DNA of 64,000 nucleotides. It comes from an uncultured Bacilli bacterium. GTDB taxonomy: Bacteria; Bacillota_I; Bacilli_A; Izemoplasmatales; UBA1188. The stretch is from NCBI GenBank assembly GCA_905235635.1, contig CAJOMC010000005.1, positions 14,264 to 78,263 of the forward strand, given 5' to 3'. The position numbers were made by a program, and so were the translations under genes. Below the pieces are notes generated by a model. It was given only the letters and a program-made list of their open reading frames with translations. It was not told where the DNA came from and did not search any database. Within the stretch, counting starts at the first letter, position 1, and each line of letters begins with the position of its first letter. Below are positions 59,051 through 64,000 of the stretch, piece by piece.

Positions 59051-59141
59051 ACCTAAGACCTAGGTTAAGGTAACATTGTTTAAGCGTAATATCTAGTACG
59101 TACCCCCTAGGCACTATAAAACAGCTTAAAGCTGTTTTTTT
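59051..59141 (+). ncRNA. Unclassified ~90-nt structured RNA (small RNA or terminator-type 5' leader) ending in an intrinsic terminator
   Basis: The predicted transcription start is about 59051. Hairpin TTACCT...AGGTAA lies at 59050-59075, and two palindromic CCTAGG copies lie at 59059-59064 and 59105-59110. Hairpin TCTAG-TACGTACCCC-CTAGG lies at 59091-59110, followed by an A-rich tail. The terminator is AAAACAGCT/AGCTGTTTT plus a T-run (59118-59141). The stretch contains no ATG. Confidence 0.5.
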
Positions 59142-59215
59142 ATTTGCTTTTTCAAAAATATTTATTTATTTTTATATAAAATTATATAATAATAAATAAT
59201 GACGGAGGCACTCAT

Positions 59216-60571
59216 ATGAACCTTGAGCACTTTAAAGAAATATTAACTAAAAATGCAGTATATCTATATCCAAACATTAGAATTTCTAATGAAATATCGT
59301 TCCCAGGGAATGAACTTGTAGTACTAAATGAAGATGGTACTATGAACGCTAAAGGCGATATATCACAAGATACTGGATATCGTATCTCTCGTGAACAACC
59401 TTTTCTTCCTAATGATGTAGATTTACTAACTATTTTTATAGAAGAAAATAACACTATTGAGTCATATCCGAATATTGGTCAAGAATATAAAGAAGCATTT
59501 AAGAGTACCTCACTTACAAAAGCTATTTCAATGACTCTATCACCTAAATCATCTTCAACTATATTAAAGGTGATAGATGCGCTATCTCATATGGCAGAAC
59601 GTACATATGAAGGTGCACCGATTAGAATAGGCGTTATCATTAATGACGTATTGAGTGTTTCAAATAAAAAATCAAATCTATTATTCACTAACTTTATTCA
59701 ATCAAATTATGCAGCCGTTTTAACAAATGGTTCTGAATCATTTATTGAAATAGATAGTGATGGATATATTTATAGATACCTTCAATTAAATAGTGAAAAG
59801 AGTGAATTAGGTCTTGCGCCATATGACTATACAAGAGTTATTCAATATATAGGTAAAGATACTATTGGTATAGTTTTATCGAATAAAGGAGAACTCTTAA
59901 TATTCCACGATAATGAACTTAAATATACTAAACGTGGAGATAGATGGAATCCATATAACCACTCTCAAACTATTAAAGCAATTCATGAAAGAAGTGAAAA
60001 TGATAATTTAATGTTTGCGAGAGCAGTATATTTAACTGCGCTCGATATATCTTTTGGAAAATCAGGCGGTATTATATCTTTCCTAGATGAAAATGAAGTT
60101 GCGAATGCGCTTGCGCATATTAATATTCACGATATCGTTAATGAAAAATATTACAATATAAAACGTGACCTCATGAAAGACCAAGATGACCCTGAATATG
60201 ATCATATCAAAGATTTAACATTTGAAGAATTCTTAGAAGAAAAAGAAAATTCTAAGAGTAGTATGTTGAATAAATTAATTAGTGAGAAGAAGTTTTTCCT
60301 TTTATCTCGTAAATTAAGACAGGAAATAACATCAATTGATGGTGCAACTATCGTTGACTATAATGGAGATGTAGTAGCTTGTGGAGCTATCGTTAAGATT
60401 GAAGCGGGCTCCCTTGGTGGTGGACGCATCGCAGCCGCAAGGACGCTTTCACATTATGGTATTGCGATAGAAATATCTTCAGATGCATCCATTAAAGGTT
60501 TCGCTCTTGATGCATCGGGTGAACCTGAAAGAATTTTCACAATTGCGGACTTTGGAGAAGATTTTAATTAA
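59216..60571 (+). CDS. Hypothetical protein with a degenerate DisA/CdaA-type (DAC-like) nucleotide-binding fold; first gene of the addBA operon
   Basis: The C-terminal 'SIDGATIVDYNGDVVACGAIV...GGGRIAAARTLSHYGIAIEISSDASI' parallels the DAC blocks 'DGAxII..G.i.aA' and 'G(T/M)RHR(A/T)A...a.viSe'. The block 'KSGGIISFLD' parallels 'GALIVI'. Weaker copies of the same blocks lie at about aa 120-240. GGAGG lies 7 nt before the ATG. Confidence 0.5.
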   Translation: MNLEHFKEILTKNAVYLYPNIRISNEISFPGNELVVLNEDGTMNAKGDISQDTGYRISREQPFLPNDVDLLTIFIEENNTIESYPNIGQEYKEAFKSTSLTKAISMTLSPKSSSTILKVIDALSHMAERTYEGAPIRIGVIINDVLSVSNKKSNLLFTNFIQSNYAAVLTNGSESFIEIDSDGYIYRYLQLNSEKSELGLAPYDYTRVIQYIGKDTIGIVLSNKGELLIFHDNELKYTKRGDRWNPYNHSQTIKAIHERSENDNLMFARAVYLTALDISFGKSGGIISFLDENEVANALAHINIHDIVNEKYYNIKRDLMKDQDDPEYDHIKDLTFEEFLEEKENSKSSMLNKLISEKKFFLLSRKLRQEITSIDGATIVDYNGDVVACGAIVKIEAGSLGGGRIAAARTLSHYGIAIEISSDASIKGFALDASGEPERIFTIADFGEDFN

Positions 60572-62826
60572 TGAGTTTTATTAACCAACTAAATAAAGAA
60601 CAAAGAAATATTATTATATGTCCCTCATCTTATAATGAGGGTTTATTTAGTGAAGTAAATAAAGACTTTTTATTTGATGTAGTATTTAAACCCAAGAAAG
60701 AATTTCTTGAAAATATCTTTGGGTCATATACTGAAATTGAAGTAGAAAGCGATGGAACGCTTAATGGAGTTATACCTTTATTCCTTAATAAAGGCTATAC
60801 AGTTGATGCGATAGAAAATATCATATCTAATATGCCTTTAATTAGCGATAAATATCCAGAATTAGAAAAATTCCATAATTTAAATGAAGGTTTTATAAAC
60901 TATTATAAAGATAAAAATATCTTATATACAATGGATAATTTATTTGATCCAGTATTTCTTTATGCGATTAAATATTTAAGTGAACTTGGAATCGAGTTAA
61001 AACAAATATTATTTGAAGACGTAAAAGGGGAAGCCCTTTATAAAGAATATGAAAATATAATAAAAGAGGTTGAAGGTGCATCGGATTATATTTCATATCT
61101 CCTTCTAAATGGTGTTGATATTAATAAGATAAAGGTTCAAATTAATGGAACAGACTATAAAGAATTAATTAGAGATGTATTCTCTTTTTACCCATTTAAG
61201 AATGCATTTTATATAAACGATAGATATACCCTTTTTGAAAAAGATAGAATACTTTCGTTCTTTAATTCTCTAAAAGATAATAAACTAGATACATCGCTTG
61301 AAACTTTAAACAGTTATAAAGAAGAACTAGATGTTGATTCATATAATGTACTCGCGAATATGCTTAGTGGAACAAAACTCCCACTTGAATATTTTAAATA
61401 TAAGCTTCAAAACAGTTATATTAAACAACCGAAATATAATAACGCTATTGAAGTTGGAAATGTAATAAATAGATATCTTCCATCAGACACTTACCTTATT
61501 ATTCTTGGAGCTAATTCTGGCCTTTTCCCAAAAACAATTGTTTTATCTGGTGAGTTAACTGATAATATATTAAAAGAAATTCATACATCCGACAAAGATA
61601 TAAATACGACCAATGAAAAATACTATCTATCAAAGATATATTCTTTGAAACATGTATATATTTCATCATATTTAAAAGGAACAACCAAGAACTTTACTAA
61701 GTCTCCGTTCCTCTTTAAAATCCTTGATCTAAAGGAATATGTCCCTAGTGGCAATCATTATTCTAAATGTAGAGATTATTTAAAATTTAAGAAAGCTTTT
61801 GATGAATATGTAACATATGGTTCTAAAACATCTGATTATAAAAGGTTCTCTAAGTTACTCGCTGACGAAGACTACAAAAAATTTACAAATATTTACGACT
61901 CAACAATGTCTTATACAGATTTCGATAACTTTAAAGAACTTGTTGGCAAAAAACTCATGTTATCATACTCAAAGATGAACGAATATAATGAGTGCCCATT
62001 TAAATACTATTATGGGCATATATTAAAACTTGATCCATTCGAAAATTCACTCGCAACATTTATAGGTAATTTCTTTCATAAGATAATGGAAAATTATATT
62101 GATAGTGAGTTTCCGCTTGATGAAGAAACCTTAGAAATAGAGTTTGAAAAGTTTATTAAAACTGAGCCATACAAGTTAACTATTAAGGATAGGGTTATTA
62201 TTAAAATGTTTTATTCTGTAGTTATAGACGTCTATTATAAAACAAAGAGCCTAAATCTTGATGGCGGCTTTAAGGTTTATGCAAAAGAGTTAGAAATTAA
62301 TAAAGTTGAAGATTCTATAGATGATTTAGAGATTGAGTTTAATGGTAAGATTGACCTTGTATTAAAAGATGATAATGACAATACTATCGTTGTTGATTAT
62401 AAAACTGGACATTATCCTAAGACCAATTATGAGAAAGGTACTGGTTTACAACAGTTAGTTTATTTTAATGTTTTAAAAGAAACAAATGTAGATGAAACCT
62501 TTGTTCCTGCGGGTTTCATATTTGAAGTTGTCCCTATTAAAAAAAGGGGTGGTGAACTTAAAAAGATTTCGTGTTATGGTGAATTGCTTTTTGATTCATC
62601 AGTTAACTATGGTGAAATTAAGGTTAATAAACAATCGTGGAAATCAAAAGAAGAAATTGAGGATCACCTAATGCAAACTAAGGAAATTATAGAAAAAACT
62701 AAAAATTCTATACTTAGTTTAGATTTTAAACAAAGCCCAGGTGATGAAGCGTGTGATTATTGTTCATTTAAAGAGGTTTGTTACAAATATAACTTCGAGA
62801 ATGATGAAAACGAGGAGGATGAATAA
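60571..62826 (+). CDS. addB: AddB/RexB-like helicase-nuclease subunit (short form, PD-(D/E)XK nuclease with Fe-S cysteines)
   Basis: The C terminus has 'CPFKYYYGHIL', 'GKIDLVLKD...VVDYKTG' (D...D-x-K) and 'CDYCSFKEVC', the 1+3 Cys cluster of AddB. I see no N-terminal Walker A. Both junctions are TAATG. Confidence 0.75.
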   Translation: MSFINQLNKEQRNIIICPSSYNEGLFSEVNKDFLFDVVFKPKKEFLENIFGSYTEIEVESDGTLNGVIPLFLNKGYTVDAIENIISNMPLISDKYPELEKFHNLNEGFINYYKDKNILYTMDNLFDPVFLYAIKYLSELGIELKQILFEDVKGEALYKEYENIIKEVEGASDYISYLLLNGVDINKIKVQINGTDYKELIRDVFSFYPFKNAFYINDRYTLFEKDRILSFFNSLKDNKLDTSLETLNSYKEELDVDSYNVLANMLSGTKLPLEYFKYKLQNSYIKQPKYNNAIEVGNVINRYLPSDTYLIILGANSGLFPKTIVLSGELTDNILKEIHTSDKDINTTNEKYYLSKIYSLKHVYISSYLKGTTKNFTKSPFLFKILDLKEYVPSGNHYSKCRDYLKFKKAFDEYVTYGSKTSDYKRFSKLLADEDYKKFTNIYDSTMSYTDFDNFKELVGKKLMLSYSKMNEYNECPFKYYYGHILKLDPFENSLATFIGNFFHKIMENYIDSEFPLDEETLEIEFEKFIKTEPYKLTIKDRVIIKMFYSVVIDVYYKTKSLNLDGGFKVYAKELEINKVEDSIDDLEIEFNGKIDLVLKDDNDNTIVVDYKTGHYPKTNYEKGTGLQQLVYFNVLKETNVDETFVPAGFIFEVVPIKKRGGELKKISCYGELLFDSSVNYGEIKVNKQSWKSKEEIEDHLMQTKEIIEKTKNSILSLDFKQSPGDEACDYCSFKEVCYKYNFENDENEEDE

Positions 62827-64000
62827 TGTCTAATTTTACAGATGAGCAATTAAATGTCATCCGCCATCGTGGTGGTAATTTATTAGTTTCTGCAGGTGCA
62901 GGTTCTGGTAAAACAACAACTATGACCGAAAGAATAATCAGCCTACTTAGAGGAGATAATGGATTTGAGCCAATTCATCTATCTAATCTTATTGTTTTAA
63001 CATTCACAGATGCTGCAGCTAAAAATATCAAAGAAAAGATTATTAAAGAATTATCAAATAAAGAAAGTTTAATTGAAGAGTTAAATCATATCGAGGAAGC
63101 AGATATTTCAACGTTTGATGCTTTTTGTCACAAATTCGTTAAAAAGTATTCATCCAAATCCATTTTGCCAAAAAACTTTACAATAGGCGATAGCATTTTT
63201 TTCAATGTTAAAGCAAAAACTTTTATTAATGAAATACTCTTAGATTATTATAATAATCCTACATATCAAAATTCAGATTTTTATAAAAACAATTCTAATA
63301 CGGATACTTTTATTAAAATTCTTGAGAATACATCAAAGGGTAAAAATGATGACAATCTTGTTAAGAATTTATTGGACTATTATAAAGCGATTAATAATGA
63401 AATTGATGTAGACAAGTATCTTTCAACATATATGGACACATATTTCAGCAAAGATTATGCTGAATACCTTTTACATATATCTGTTGATTATATTAGAGAG
63501 CTTGTTGGTATAGCGTTAAATCTAGATATATTAGATAAGAATTTAATTAAAAAAGCTGCTGATGATAAGAAAGATGAAGAAGCAATACAGTTTATCTATT
63601 CAACAATAGATCAGTTTAATTCTTTTCTTAGTATTAAAAATGATGAAGAAGCTTTTAAGTATTTCCACACCTTCGCTAAAAATGATTCCGGGTCTGGCTC
63701 GATCAAAAAAGTAATTGGTATTGATATAACTAAACAATATAATTTTATTAAAACAGACATTTTTGACAATGCGTCAAGATATAACTCTAAGGGCAATGAA
63801 GTAACGGATAGATTATTTTACAATGTATTCTTTGAAATGGATGTTAACTCACTAGAGCCTGTAGATGCTTTTCATAAGACAATTCGAGGCAACAAAGAAT
63901 ACTATAAATTTATCAATGATGTAATGATTGAATTACACAAAAAGATGAAGATATATAAGAAAGAATATTCTATCTATGAATTTCAAGATATAGAAAAAGA
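62826..64000 (+). CDS. addA: AddA/RexA helicase-nuclease subunit (UvrD-like), 3' end beyond the window
   Basis: The ATG at 62826 overlaps the addB TAA. It has 'FTDEQLNVIRHRGGNLLVSAGAGSGKTTTMTERI' (UvrD motifs Q and I). The frame is open to nt 64000. It is absent from the ORF track because no stop lies in the window. Confidence 0.85.
   Translation, partial: MSNFTDEQLNVIRHRGGNLLVSAGAGSGKTTTMTERIISLLRGDNGFEPIHLSNLIVLTFTDAAAKNIKEKIIKELSNKESLIEELNHIEEADISTFDAFCHKFVKKYSSKSILPKNFTIGDSIFFNVKAKTFINEILLDYYNNPTYQNSDFYKNNSNTDTFIKILENTSKGKNDDNLVKNLLDYYKAINNEIDVDKYLSTYMDTYFSKDYAEYLLHISVDYIRELVGIALNLDILDKNLIKKAADDKKDEEAIQFIYSTIDQFNSFLSIKNDEEAFKYFHTFAKNDSGSGSIKKVIGIDITKQYNFIKTDIFDNASRYNSKGNEVTDRLFYNVFFEMDVNSLEPVDAFHKTIRGNKEYYKFINDVMIELHKKMKIYKKEYSIYEFQDIEK

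Noticed and set aside
59091-59130. Calling the hairpin plus A-rich tail a preQ1-I riboswitch. The queA-tgt genes in the window made this attractive.
   Set aside because: The required P2 pseudoknot pairing is at best 2 bp. The tail overlaps the 5' arm of the terminator in a way opposite to known OFF switches. The downstream genes (DAC-like, addBA) are not queuosine-related. The resemblance is too weak to claim.

Overview
This 64-kb chromosomal segment is visibly AT-rich (roughly 30% G+C by eye, not computed). It has strong GGAGG-type ribosome-binding sites (RBS) and TTGACA/TATAAT or TGnTATAAT promoters. It uses the standard genetic code: TGA serves as a stop, and conserved proteins have no in-frame TGA. 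Together this fits a low-GC Bacillota or Mollicutes-related genome (Erysipelotrichia/Acholeplasma-like); that taxonomic guess is inference only.

I find about 50 protein genes and one tRNA-Arg(UCU). I see no rRNA, CRISPR array, transposase, integrase or phage genes. Most genes are housekeeping and sit in very tight, often overlapping operons:
- csoR-copA
- recD2
- a glycosyltransferase/acyltransferase pair
- greA-mtnN-ABC-F
- gap
- rsmD-coaD followed by an anaerobic glycerol-3-phosphate dehydrogenase-like cluster and glpK
- ruvB-queA-tgt-ftsZ-SLR-GH3-surE
- rnhC, divergent from mutS2-truB-ribF
- tig and lon
- three glycoside hydrolases (GH2, GH3, GH5)

Items worth a second look:
1. A self-contained three-gene kleisin/KITE/SMC-like (JetABC/MksFEB-like) operon with no JetD/MksG nuclease gene.
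2. A 451-aa protein with a degenerate DisA/CdaA-type (DAC-like) nucleotide-binding fold, translationally coupled (TAATG junctions) to a shortened addB and addA.
3. An orphan near-consensus promoter driving a ~90-nt structured RNA that ends in an intrinsic terminator, just upstream of that operon.
4. A ~150-nt structured, G+C-enriched leader closed by a 12-bp helix, upstream of a membrane-protein gene next to the tRNA.
5. Two adjacent giant (1113 and 931 aa) all-helical coiled-coil proteins with no recognisable enzymatic motifs, plus a reading-frame break at their junction.

All family assignments come from motif recognition by eye. No database search, RNA folding or covariance model was run.
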